From Mytilus trossulus (taxonomy: Eukaryota): a stretch of DNA of 64,000 bases. The first letter of the stretch is position 1. Every line of letters begins with the position of its first letter. The position numbers and the translations under genes are program-made. Under the pieces are notes generated by a model, which was given only the letters and a program-made list of their open reading frames with translations, did no database searches and was not told the DNA's origin. The DNA is taken from positions 23,870,001 to 23,934,000 of the forward strand of contig NC_086380.1 of NCBI RefSeq assembly GCF_036588685.1, written 5' to 3'. Positions 50,681 to 64,000 of the stretch are shown piece by piece.

Positions 50681-53481
50681 AAGCATGTACGCATGTTGCT
50701 GCTCAATTTGAGTGTTACTATATCTTAAAAATCTAATTCAAGTTAAATCTTTTACTAGTACACAATGTGACATAAACATATTAATACAATTGCATAATTG
50801 ATCGGATATGGAAACATGCTGTCAATTTATATTATATTGATCCGTTTCCTAATTTCATTTAGAGACAATATTTGGTAATAATCCGAATGAACCAAACATT
50901 ATGATCTAAACATTGGTTGTTTGGACCACAGCATGATTGCTGCAGGAGAAACAAATCATACAGCACAAAAAAATAAACACAAAGACAGTGGCGAAAATAC
51001 CAACGATTATGAATTGGGGAGGAAAAACTATCAAACAAATTAATTTTGAAGTAATGAAATAAAGTATGTGGTTTCATCCATACATATACATTATACATAT
51101 ATAACATGTTTAAAACGACAACAATTGGCGTCCATCGTTCATTATTTACTTGTATGACCACTTATAACTCATCCAATTTTACCCAAATTTGCTTGCATAG
51201 TATTTTAAGGGTACACATTTGGTTCCGATCGAATTAAATCATATTCACAATGAACATTTAATTCATATCTGCAAGTTTTTTGCAATAATATGATAATCTT
51301 TATTGCAAAATTACGCCAAAAAGAGTCAAAGCAATACAAACCAACAAAACAATAAAATACAACAGATTACAATATAAACTCCTCTAAATCAACCAGAAAA
51401 ATATTGAAACTTAAGGAGACAGCTGATTATAAAGAACCCTTTACAATCGACCACATCTAATTTTGTTCGGGTAACACACTAAAGCCTTCCAAAGCTTTTA
51501 AAGTTGTCAGCAGTTATCGTCTAGATAAATTTATCAGCTAAAGCGATTCACGCTCCCTGGAAGCCTCTAGTTCTTTGTTCGAATTATCAAAACGATAATG
51601 TATATTGAATCTGCCTTATCATAGCATTGAATCTTCAGACTGTCAGATAATTGTATCAATTATGAACATGCGAAGTTAAATTCACGGAATAAAACATCTG
51701 GCGAAAAGCATAAAGTCATTACTGACAAAAAACTATCACTGATCTGAGAACAAAGGACAGCAATACACATCCCTGAGTTAGGGAATACACATCCTTTGTA
51801 GCCAGATGTTAAAGATCTGTAAAGTAGATTATCTCAGCTCCTCGTAACTTTCTCGAGTCTGACGTTTACGATTAGTTCGTCTAATTGTATTTGAAACATA
51901 CTAAATCAACGTTTTCTTATATTTTAGACTATTAGTTATCACCTTTTCGCCCTTTTTGCAAGCTTCGATGAGTTTTCTTCATCAGTGTATTCGAGCTCCT
52001 GATCAAATTTCAATCTTTTGTATACTTTTGTATGAGCTTTGTGTTCTTGGTCGATTTTTTTTATATAATTTATGTTTCCAAGGACACTTAAATATTAAAG
52101 TCCGCTACCAAAATTGTCATAAATGATCTGTTTTCGAGATTATTAAGTGTTAGCCTAAGGACATAACTAAGCCAATAAAAACTTTCAGCTTGCTATATTT
52201 CATAACTATAAAGTTAAGAAGTTGTTATATTTTAATCCGGAAGTCTTTATTGAAACATCAAACACAATTTCAAGGATGTGCAATATAAAAAGCGTTTAAA
52301 TCAAAGATGTATGGTGATGTTTAAGGGATTATTTATAATCTGTTTTTAAAAATGAATAACTGATTTGTCAAGTTCGATTGCATTAGGAGTTAGTCCATGT
52401 CGCGTGTGCTTTTGTGCACTTTTGAGCATTTTAATAAAGGAATTATATTGTAAGATTGGGACTTTCAAAAGGAGATTTATGTTTCGGAAATATCGATTTT
52501 TAAAAAAAATATATAGAAATTGAAAACCTCCAGGCTTACAAAATTTTGTGATTTATATATGGAAATAATCTGATTAACAACTACATCATAACATGTATTT
52601 GGTGATCTATTTCGACAAGAACGTTTGAAGGATGCACTTAAATTATACGCCCCTAAGTGAACTCTGATAGCGATCTCGGAGATATCTTGTTTTAGATATG
52701 GTTCATTTGGACATGATTACTTATCTTAAAACAAATTCCTCAAAATAAAAATATACATAACGTGTGTCGAGAGTCTGTCAAATACTATTTTTCCCCGACT
52801 CGTGTGATTGATTTTTATAAGTTCTGAAACTTTTGAATGATTAAGTACTGAAAGTTATTTCACCAACAAATGTCAGTAGAGATTCGGATACAGAGCCTCA
52901 GCAATTATTAATTCATATTTATATTTTACACGTGACACATGGTAAAACGATAAACATGGAATACACAACTTAATATTCTGTGTATTTAAATTAGGAACAA
53001 TCGGAGTGAGACCTGCATAATATGTGGTAATCACCCACAGACGTGACTTGAACATTTGATCGATACACCGCAGACGGAATAAAACGGCGAGTGATAAAGG
53101 AAAGATTTTCTCTTTCGTTGTCACACATTTTCAGAATAGAATGGCACTGTTAATTTTACCCATATTTAAATGCCTTTTAATCATGTGACTTAGGATTTTA
53201 ATAATACCGGGTATTGAATCGAAGGTAAGACATAATTTTATTGATATTTATTCGGCATGCCAGCCAGTGATCCGTTTACTACCTTAATACTCTCAAGTCT
53301 TATTAGTCATGGCAAGTTACTACCTATAGCACATACATGTTTTATTTTCGTTACAAAAATGTAATTCATTGACGAGGAGATATTATGTGGGGCTGGTGTG
53401 ACCCTAAATTCTTACGGAGGACCTGTAGTACTAAGGCATAAATATGGATTATTAATAGTGCCGTTCTAATATATTTTCGCA

Positions 53482-54084
53482 ATGGAGAGTCCAACAGAGA
53501 CCCCTGGTACGTTATTAGTCCTGCAGCTGAAGTCTTTCGTGGGCTTCAAAAGTCAGGACGAGTACTTGTTTGCCATGAAAGAGGATTTAGCAGACTGGTT
53601 TACATGTCTATATAAATTAGAAATAGGTGTGGAGAATTTTTTCGACGTACTCGACACTGGAGTCCGATTATGTGAACATGCAAATAAAGTGCGAAATTTT
53701 GCTCAAGAGCGACGGAAATTAGGATTACTAGAACAAATGCAATCTAATTTTGTGAGAGGAATACAAATTCCAGAATATGAGGTCCAATATCGGTCGGAAG
53801 TCCGACCTCAAACATTCCATGCCAGGGATAATATATCAAATTTTATAAAATGGACCAAAGATGCTGGAATACCCGAAGTGCTTTCATTTGAAACGGATGA
53901 TCTTGTTTTAAGAAAAAATGAGAAAAATGTTGTGTTGTGTTTATTAGAAATTGCAAGGATTGGAGCTAAACTTGGCATGTTGGCTCCGACTATTGTTCAA
54001 ATGGAGGAAGAAATAGATGCAGAGATTGCCGGAGACCCACCACCTCAAATTATCACATGTGATGTTAAAAGTCTCGATGAAATG
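53482..54084 (+). CDS. GAS2-like protein (growth arrest-specific 2 / pigs family), first coding exon with the calponin-homology domain; GAR-domain exons not found in the window
   Basis: F.SQDEYLFAMKEDLADW, LDTGVRLC.HAN, FHARDNISNFIKW...GIPEVL.FETDDLVLRKNEKNVVLCLLEIAR, APTIVQMEEEID are GAS2-family motifs. Donor ATG|gtaaga at 54084/54085. Confidence 0.92.
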
Positions 54085-57083
54085 GTAAGAACCTCAATTG
54101 TTACTTTTAGCCTTTGTTTATCTTTCGTTATTGTAAATTTTCAGGTCCGTCAAATAACTAGCTGACTACGGTTTGTTTGTTTATTTTTTATTTAAAACTG
54201 TAATGTATATTTATTTCTTCATTCTCTTCTTTCTTTCTTTCTGTTGTTATTGTTGTTTAAAAGTTTCGAGTTTTAAGCCTATCTATCAACAAATCCAACA
54301 CATAATCAGTCAAATATTTACAATACCTGCATTAGATTACATTTTAACATGCATAAGGTCTTAACAAATGTACATGTACATGCATATCATAAACAAAAGA
54401 AAGACAGACTAGATTTTGACATTTTCTTGAGTAATTTATTTGAAAACAACAGATGTAAAAAATACATGTTTAAGAAGCCTGTTAAAAAGCTATTAAACAT
54501 TCTTATGTCATACCTTTATTTAACTTTGGATCAATTTCAAATTTTAAAAACACCTTTTGATGTACCTGTTTTCGCCTCTTTTAAACACTTGACTTTTATC
54601 TGATTTCGTTCTAACGCGATGATTAGAGAGAAAAATATTATTATCATATTGATGTGCAAATTTTTATCTGCAAACTTTGAATATTAACCTGTCGATCAGC
54701 AGGTGCTCGAATTGAAATACAAACGTGCTAAATATTGACAAGAATGCTAATTACATTATGACGTCATCAAATCAAATGGCATTTGATACATATGGATATG
54801 AAAATCAATATTTTTTTTAGGATAGGTATTATAAATTAATATATTGTCAGTACCAATGACCCTCTACTTTAGATACGTGTATATTGATATATATCAATAG
54901 GTTGAAGTTGTCCCTGCTCAAAATATTTTAGATGGCTCTGACCCCTTGAATTGTTGATAAGTATGTACATAAACTGTGTATTGGACATCTATGTATATCT
55001 TCACAGTCATTATTGATCTTTTATAGCTTATTTGTAAATACTGGACTCCAATTATTTTATGACCAACGCATTCGTAAAAATGTGAAAATGTCTTAAGACC
55101 ACTATGGTTTCAATATATATACTGTATGTAGAATAAAGCGGCATAGTTGGGGGAAAAGGATCAAGATCCGATTTTAAGGAAGATATACTAGAAAAGGGGG
55201 AGTTTGCTTAAAATATATCAAAAGAAAATCGGTTATACACTGCAAAGGTTAGATCATGAAGCCTCATTTTGCACAATTATTGCAAAAAATAATTTTAATT
55301 TGTTTTGTTCACATAACATTCCGTTTTTGTAATGTTGTTTAACATCTGCAGACATGCTGAAGTTATATAATACAAAACATCACACGAACACACACTTAAA
55401 CCAGACTTTAAAACCAACAACATAAGGCGGAATAAGTGTGTACTATAAAGTTGAACGTCTATGATTTATTCGTTATAATGACAGAATCTCATTTAGTACA
55501 AGGTTTTGTTATGACAGAAATCTGTCATCATAAGTATATATTTGTAGATTTCAATTAAAATATCGAGTATATATATATAGAAATTGGCATCTTTATTCTG
55601 GTAGCTAATATAAATCAGACAGTATTGTGATTGAAGGCAACAAACTCATTTTATTAATTGAAAATAGATTGGCTACTACTATCTGAATTGAAATTTTAGT
55701 AATGAATATACTGATAGAAATGAAATTTGATCGTTATTCATATGAAAGGGATGCGTATTGTGATAAAGAATGATAATTGATTTCTGTCTGTGAGGTCACG
55801 TGTAAGGTCAAGGTGACTATAGAATGATCTTGTATGTTCTGTCTAGTTCTCTAGAATTATGCCGAGTCAGCATTTTTCAGTCCTTTTTTCCATTCGGGGC
55901 TGCCAGCCTCTGCCAGCTCAAGTTTTATAAAAGTGCAAATACGATGTGTATGCAAAGCTACACATTTTGCCAAAATTATGTGTAAACAGCAGTCGATTTG
56001 CACTAGATAGTGAGAAGTCGAGAAAGCTCTTTAAATTGAGACCTATTTGACTTTTAAGTGTCATCTCTTAGTGAAGAACGAGGGTACTCGAGAAATCCAT
56101 TGGCGATAGTATATTTTATTGATCACAACACTTTATGATACACACTATTTAAAATCAACCCATACTTTCTTTTATAATCCACAAACAGTAAATAATACCG
56201 CATTGACTAGATTTAGACACTTGACACATGGGCGGTGCATACATGTCTTACAATGAAGCACCTAGGTCGATGAAGATGAAGAAAAGAGTTAGGATGTCGT
56301 AACAACTGATGTTTAGAGTTACATCAATGGCCGGATCGAGCTATTTAAAAAAAGGGGTCCAATCCAGGATAAAGAGTACTCCATTACTATGCCCCCATTT
56401 ATAAGCATTGATCCTTAAAAAAATGGATGGTTCCAACCCCAACCCCTCTCCCCAACCCCACCAATGGATCCGAAACTGATATATCGAAAGAAATATATAG
56501 CATAGTTGGGATTCAATAATTCGGACTCCGACGGGTATACTGTGTAGTAGGGCATTGAGATCACGAAATAAACTAAAAAGTTTTGGCAATTAGTCATAGC
56601 TGGGATTCATCGAGTGTTTGAGCAGTATATTTTGATGTATGCAGACTTTGAAGACTTTATATATAAGAATGCTTTGAAAACCTTGCATGTAGACTAGTAC
56701 AGAGACGGATAATCATGATAGGGATGACACGGACCTCATGACAATGCTTGCAATTCGGATTGATTGATTGTCTAATGCTTAACGTCTTTTGGAAATACTT
56801 GCATTTGAACATGAACTATTAAGTATTGTGCTAAATTCTGTATTGAATATTAGGATTATGATCTTTTTGACTTTTGAACAGTTAAATAACCAACACATGT
56901 AAACTGTTTATTACTATGATAACAAATAATTAACTTGACTAACTAAGTTAACTTGTAATACTAAATACATATGGAGAATATTAACGGTATAATCTCTACA
57001 TAATATACCACTAACTAGGCTACAATTAATGCAAATTATTACAAATACCACAATTAATTACAATTTTACACATTAATCTACAA

Positions 57084-57120
57084 CTGAGACTACTATAACA
57101 CAGTGTTATAGTAGTCTCAG
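57084..57120. mobile_element. 37-bp palindromic insertion with perfect 7-bp TSD
   Basis: tctacaa|CTGAGACTACTATAACAC A GTGTTATAGTAGTCTCAG|tctacaa. Confidence 0.75.
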
Positions 57121-60100
57121 TCTACAATGTATACAAATAATCACAATCAGTAACAATAAATAATTACAAGTTCCTACATGATGAATTTGACACTGAATCT
57201 CTGTTTTGTCACTCAATTGTGTTTTCTTATTGTGTATTTTGTCAATAATCCATAACAATAAGTATAGCATTTTATTTATCAAGACGACCAAGATATTTTC
57301 TTAAAATTAAGAAGCAACCATTTACAGTATTAAATGTAAAAAAAAGTATGACATGACATAATTTGATTGTAACGTGTTCATTTTGCCAATATAATAGAAA
57401 TTCCTGATTATTTCGTTGGAAATCGACCAAAATTATAGAATTTAATATTTAACCTTTTAAATCAGTTAAATAGTTACTAATCTAATTAGTAAATTATATT
57501 CAAATTGTATATAATGATATAGAGGACATAGGTTTGACAAAAAATGCAATCTTTGAAATTAAGTAAACTGGAAAGGGCCGATCGATGCCAGGTGTTCGGT
57601 CAAGATCATAATGAATTAGTACAGAAAGTGTACTAGTTACCATTAAATAAACCAAACTGGTAAATTAAGAAATAGTTGATGGTCAATAGAGAACGCGGGA
57701 TACACTGCTATTCATCATAATAATTAATCTGTCACAGTCGATACAAATGAAATCAAAGATGAGTATGAGAAATGGTTTCCTGTATTCAAGAGTTATCATA
57801 ATTCCAAGGCTTAACAACCTGAATAATATTGTGGTTCAGTAAAAAAAACTCGGCGTGATACCACCGTTTTTGCATGCTTGTGCTGTCTTCGACGAATTTA
57901 TCATAAAGGCGTTGGAGTCGGTGCCTAATCTGGAAACCCTACACAAATATTTTTTTGAAATTATGCTGTGTCATTAACATGGTGCACAAGTTGAAACTAA
58001 AATTATATTATTTTTCAATTTAACACAATACTAGTACACTATTGTTCTTCAAATATTTGTTCACGTTATATTGTTCTGTGTTATATGCACTCCTATATAT
58101 GACACTAAATCATTTAAATAGGTGAATGAAAATTCTTATACAAAAACATTTTTTTGTGTCATCTTATGAAAGTTTACAGCTAGATGAGCTGCTCCGTACT
58201 TTATCATGCATATTTGAAAGTTAATGTTGTGATGCCCGAAGAATAAACTGTTTTTAGTTGTTGATGCTGGCCCGCTGCCCCATTTTCACCGACCATGGCT
58301 TAAACCTAAAAGTGTCAATTAAAATGGTTCCAAAATATCAGAAAACCCCAGCAGTCATAACAAGTATACCACAAGTTTTACGTTTTACAAATAATCTTAA
58401 GCTAAGATATATACTTTAGTGTTGAATTTTCAATAAGCAAATTAAATATTATTTTCCAGATATTGATTTAGATTAAAAGGTAGATTAACACTCTTATGAA
58501 AAGATTATAAATTTAACCCCCGCTATTAAAACATTTTACTTGTCAGCGAAAGTTAAAATATAATGAAGTAAATTCAAATAGCTGTAAAAATAATAAAATA
58601 CTATTCAGACCGTTGATCGATTTTATTTACGCCTGATTGCTATCAGTTTTGAAAACTATTTAAATATACGTAAATAAATATTTGTAAGATAAGAAGAAAA
58701 GCTTACTATTTTTGTGTATATTGCTGAAGGTTTAACATGGTTAAATGATAAGAGAGTTCAATGAAAACATTCATGATGGATTTGGTTATATATTTCACAT
58801 TGACAACAATGGATATAGTTTATTTAACCTCCTTAAACTTAAAACGTACTACCAACATGTAGTTTACTGACTTTCTGTCTTAAATATTATGTTTCATTGG
58901 TCGACATTAAAAGAGAGAGGGTTGAATACTCTAAATCTAGATGAACCTGTTTCCTGTTATCATGGCTATATGCCTTTTCCTATCACGAGTCTGAACATAT
59001 TTCTTTAATTGAATGTTAGGTGTTTTTTTTTTATATAGAAAATAAGATGTGATATGATTGTGAATGAGACAACTCTCTACCAGAGACCAAATGGCAACCG
59101 TTTATATGTCACCGTAGACGGTAGGGCCTTCAACAATGAGCAAAATCCATAAGTCCTCTTTAAAAAAACGTATTGATCTAAACAAAAAGTCTGATGATGA
59201 TGACACTCACATGTCATAATTCATAGTTGTCTTAATATTTCAGAAAGTTTATCCGATTCAAGATAAATATAGAGACAACCAAAAACTAACAAATATCTAT
59301 GGTACACAAACTCGCATTTAGTTTTATATAGAATCGAATTTCTCACAGCTATGCATTACATATTAAGTTTCAGTTTTTTAGTCTATTCAAGTTGCTTATG
59401 GACGAATAATTTACCATACATTTTATGCTAGGAATACTTGCAGTATAGGGTTATTAGACAAAGTTTACATGTATTTCCGAAACATAAATTCAAATCAAGG
59501 ATGCAAAGTGACATGTGATATATCATACTTGTTTATAGTAGAAATACCTGCACTTGGGCTATAACATATTCAAGATTTCGTTTTACGTGTATATCAGAAA
59601 GTTAAGTGTATTGAATATATACTGACGTATAGCTTAACATAAATTTAACATATGAATTCTTGTTGACAATATACCCCCTTTGTCCTGTTATATCTAAAGT
59701 CATCTGAGAATCCTACGGTGTTATAGCTCCTTTGTTGTAATGTTATCTTTATTTAAACTTTGGATTCAATAACCACTTTAAAAGGGTAACCTGATAAGTT
59801 TAGAGAACAAAACTGGATATTTACCCTTTCAGATATACATTATATACACTTACAGTTTTGGACACAGATGTTCAAGTTCGAATACGACTTAACAGTGGGG
59901 GATCAAGAAATTTTCACAAGAGGGGCCCACTGACTGCCTAAGAGGGAACCGCTCAGTCATGCTTTAGTGGTTCCCTATATAATCAACCATTTTGTCCCCA
60001 AGAAGGGGGACCCGGCCCCCTGGACCCCGTAAATCTGCTTCTGATCATTCTCAGTCTGTTAAATAGATTCCTTGTATTTATTTTGAATGAAAAATCATTA

Positions 60101-63100
60101 TATTTTGCCTAATGTTTGTCGTACGTATAAAACTGTTAGATTATGTTCACATTGAGCAAGGGCATCTCGACTTCACATCTTTTTCTTAATGACACGTGTG
60201 TATCAGCATATTTGATATTGGAAAGGGTCATATATCATATGTATATTGGCGAAAACATTGAATAATATAGTTTAACATTTACTAAAACTAGAAAGACATG
60301 TCTTTATATTACATGACTTGAAAACTTAAAATTATATTTTCTTTTTCACTGACAAAAAACTCGGAAATATAAATTGTGTTAAATGGTCTCAAACTTAAAT
60401 GAACTTCGAAATATTTTAATTTAAGAACACCGTAGTACCATCTCATTTACAAACAAAGTTGTAAAGTGTATACGTAAGTGACAACAAAAGTTCTTTACAT
60501 ATAAATAATTATATAGACATCAGCTTACATTAAGTTATATATCTCTTAATTGAAATAGTTTGTCCATAAGTCACGAAGAGACTTGTCCGGACTTTGTAAT
60601 ATCCTCACCCTACCTTTGTTTATATTTATATTAATGCGTTTGAAGTATACGTTAGGTAAGAATACATAAGTCTAATAACACCCCTTTCAAGTGCTTCAAA
60701 TGAAAATGAATTACAAATAGTTATGACAAACTTTGACGCTCGTTATGCATACGGTTGAGAGATTAATACCAAGGCATTTATTTCTGATTGTTAAAACGTC
60801 CTTAATTTGTCCCTTATCGGATGTGACGTAATTTAAGGGGATTAAAATAAGTGGTTAGCACAATCAACAATAAATCATGCTAACCTATACAATATAGTAC
60901 TTGATATTAACTTTCGTGTTGTCTTGGGAAAACTATTAGCCTACCGTTCGAGCCCTTCATGGGTAGTCGAGGTCGCTTATCACACTCTAAAGCGTAGTAG
61001 TTTTGAACTCATGTTCTTAACCAAGTCTTTCACCACAGGCATTTGTCTCTGGTTATAACCGTTATAGTATATAAAAGCTAGGACTATTATACTAACGTTA
61101 CAGTATAAGAGTCCAAGATAAAAGGTAAAAAATACCATATTTTGTAAAGAGAATTGCATGTGCTTGTACTATATGATATTCTGCATATAGGATAGACACA
61201 CGTATTGAGAAATGTCTTTCAAATTAGTTTAAACAGATGCTACCCCTAAGACCTCAGAATAAAAATACGCGTTTTACCAAAATTCGATATTATAATTGCC
61301 ATAATTAATAAACGATATAAAAAGATGTTTAAAAACGCACGATATCGACTTCTGTTTTAATAGTAGACTGACTGCATACACAAACAATTTGTCAGAGAAC
61401 ATGCTTGGCAGGAAACCATGATGTGAAACCTATATCAATCTGTTGATCTGCAATATGAGAAACGCCATGAATCAATCATAATACACAGTTATGTAATGCA
61501 ATGTCAATTACATCAACTTTAAACTTTATCTTATCGACTGGTGATGCACTTTTAACACAAGAATTCTGCAACACGATTTATGTTCTGTTTACATGTGTAT
61601 GTAGTATTTATATACAGCAAAGTTTTCCGTTTTTTAGGTGTGAATTAACAACCTTTTTGTGTCTGGAATTTATCTTTTATTCTTTTTTTATATACTTAAA
61701 TTCAGTCGTCGTTGCAAGCGGCAAATAGTATCTTTTCTTTCGGAATAAAGCGTATAATATTTATGAATTTCTGCATTATTTAATCCATGAAAAAATAAGA
61801 CTTGCGAAGATTCCTTAAAAAGGCAGACTATGAAGTCATAATTAAAAAAACAACACGATTTTTGTACTCGGACTCCGAAATCAACCAATCCAAACACTGC
61901 ATCGAGTTGGTGTTTCGAGAAAACATACTCTGAGGAAACTAAGTGTATTTTTTTTATGATTTAGAGCCCATATCAATTGAGCAATGTCCTACCTAAATGA
62001 TTGGATCTTTTTTATTTCTCATTCTCGATCACGAAAAATAATTAGTCGAATTCAAAGCCAATTAAAAGATGTAATATTAAATCGTAATATCTGAAAGTGA
62101 CACTTATATAATAATGTATAAGTATCAACATTCCTTATTAATTTTATGACCATATTACTGGTGAAATTATTCTTTATCATAATAAAATCTGTTGTACTTT
62201 TCTGGTATCTAAAATCGACAAGGCCCAGAAGAAAAATTCATTACGGTTTATATTGATGGTCTATAGATAACATGCCTGAAGTGCCTATATTACACTGCCA
62301 ATTTTCACAATTCTATTAAAATTACATGCTTTTAATAATCAGTTTCAATAAGTAATTGATTGTTTGTCTACCGCTGTGGTTCAGATCACATTAATTTTAT
62401 GGATAAATAAACAAATTACTAGTATTTAAAATATTTTATTTTGCTTTTAAAAGCCATATGAGGGGGTGGATTTTAAACAAAAATTCATATAAAAAGATGA
62501 TAATCTGTCTGTGACGAACTGATGAATCTTGTCTTATAATGTTGACACTAATGTTAAATAAATTGCACAAAACTCTTCATCTTTACGATACACGTACACA
62601 TTAATTTGATAGTCATACATTAAAACACAATATTTATTTTTAAAATATACTTAATAAAAGATAAGACACAACAAGGATTTGTGAAGTAAGTATTGCTACA
62701 CAAATCATTAGACTCAATTACTATATTTTTAATGTACTTTATGAAAAGAAAATACATTCTTTAATACAAAATTCCTTGAATTATTGCATTATTGCGCCTT
62801 TACTCATATTTAAGGTGTTCACTTGATATTTTACAATACTATTATTCCAGTAGAACATTAGACCCAGACTAATAATGTTTTATAGTGATAGCAATGGGTT
62901 TTAGTGTGTTTTTATTAACAAATAACAAAGACGCAATGATGTAAAACTTATATTCAGTTCTTCAAATAAGTTATGAAGACTTTTTCATTTACCCATTTTG
63001 CATTACAATTATATTTCAATTTGCATAAATGACATGTAATAATTTCGAGCAGTATCGGTATTTGATTGTACCTGTACCGTAAGTTATGCATATGCACCTA

Positions 63101-64000
63101 TCGAAATTTACATGTTACAATAAATATCTTGTATATGTAGTAAACATTGTATTATTTTATTATGCGAGTTTTGTGATTTTATTACCTGCTTGTTGACAAC
63201 ACCTGTTGTAATAGAAAGGTGTTACATATTTAAGAAGACTTGAAAAAAAGATTTATATACAGCGGTAACAGATGACAATTCAATAAGATTTAACGCTTTC
63301 TTCTCCATATGTATTTTCCGAAGATAGATTTCTATATACATAAAGAAATATGAATCGATCCAATATATCATATTGAGAAACTGCACCATATTTTATTTAG
63401 ACATATGAGAGTTTTAAATTTACTATTCGACTGTTATAACGTTTTCGTCCGAAATATTCATGAAATATGAAGTCACTGGACTTGAAATAAACAACAATCA
63501 ATCAATCAGTAAAATCAACCAAATTTCAAAACTTAATCCATAAATTTAACTTTTTGATTTCTGTCCATTGTCGTAAAAAACAAAGTAAAGGGATTTACAC
63601 TTTAGGAACACTATACATTTTGTCTGATAATTCTATAATTAATAAGCATTAGTTTTTGTCAGTAAAAATGTATTCTTTAAGGAAGAATATAGATGTCATA
63701 CCCATCTATGGGAAGACACACTGACTCCGACATCCAGCTTATGATACTGGTAGAATCTATGCCTCGGGTCGACCTGATCTAGGATACCAGACTATCCATC
63801 GTACATCATCATTGATTTATATCTTCGCTATGTAAAATATGCTGTATCTAGTCATTCTTTGTAAAATCAGTCTGTTACATAAAACCTTACCAGATGGTAA
63901 CATATGCAAGAAATTCCTTTATTTGATTATGAACCATAAAATTGGTTTTTATATGTCGGCGATGTGTTAACACTCTCTTTGGGTAAATTTAGAAAAAGAT

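Noticed and set aside
51938-51988. Hammerhead-like CTGATGAAG...CGAAA on the minus strand
   Set aside because: No consistent stem II or stem I could be formed; at best a decayed copy.
54200-64000. Downstream GAS2 (GAR domain) exons or other genes
   Set aside because: No C.C...F......EGKYR or RVGGGW-type coding segment was recognised; the listed ORFs are low-complexity AT-rich noise. Probably one long intron, though small exons could be missed by eye.

Overview
AT-rich, intron-rich animal genomic DNA with no prokaryotic features; the repeat families and composition suggest a bivalve, probably Mytilus (inference). Five spliced protein-coding genes were reconstructed by hand from GT-AG junctions. 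(1) The 5' part of CFAP73/CCDC42 (-). (2) A complete NipSnap gene (+, 301 aa), head-to-head with CFAP73 across ~300 bp that carry RFX, YY1 and ETS motifs. (3) A seven-exon CENP-Q-like gene (-, 216 aa) that the ORF track almost entirely misses. (4) A divergent BTB-BACK-PHR gene (+, 447 aa). (5) The first coding exon (CH domain) of a GAS2-like gene (+). The main finding is a pair of paralogous 95-nt exons in NipSnap that must be spliced mutually exclusively, flanked by clustered TGCATG/TACTAAT motifs and candidate competing RNA pairings. Other findings: three minimal hammerhead ribozyme motifs and a Penelope GIY-YIG fragment stacked in (TA)n within the BTB intron; a 1.7-kb transposon with RSS-heptamer-like CACTGTG ends; two 34-37 bp palindromic insertions with 7-bp TSDs; and a possible CH-only GAS2 isoform. 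The rest is MITEs, HINE-like elements, LINE/PLE relics and tandem repeats.
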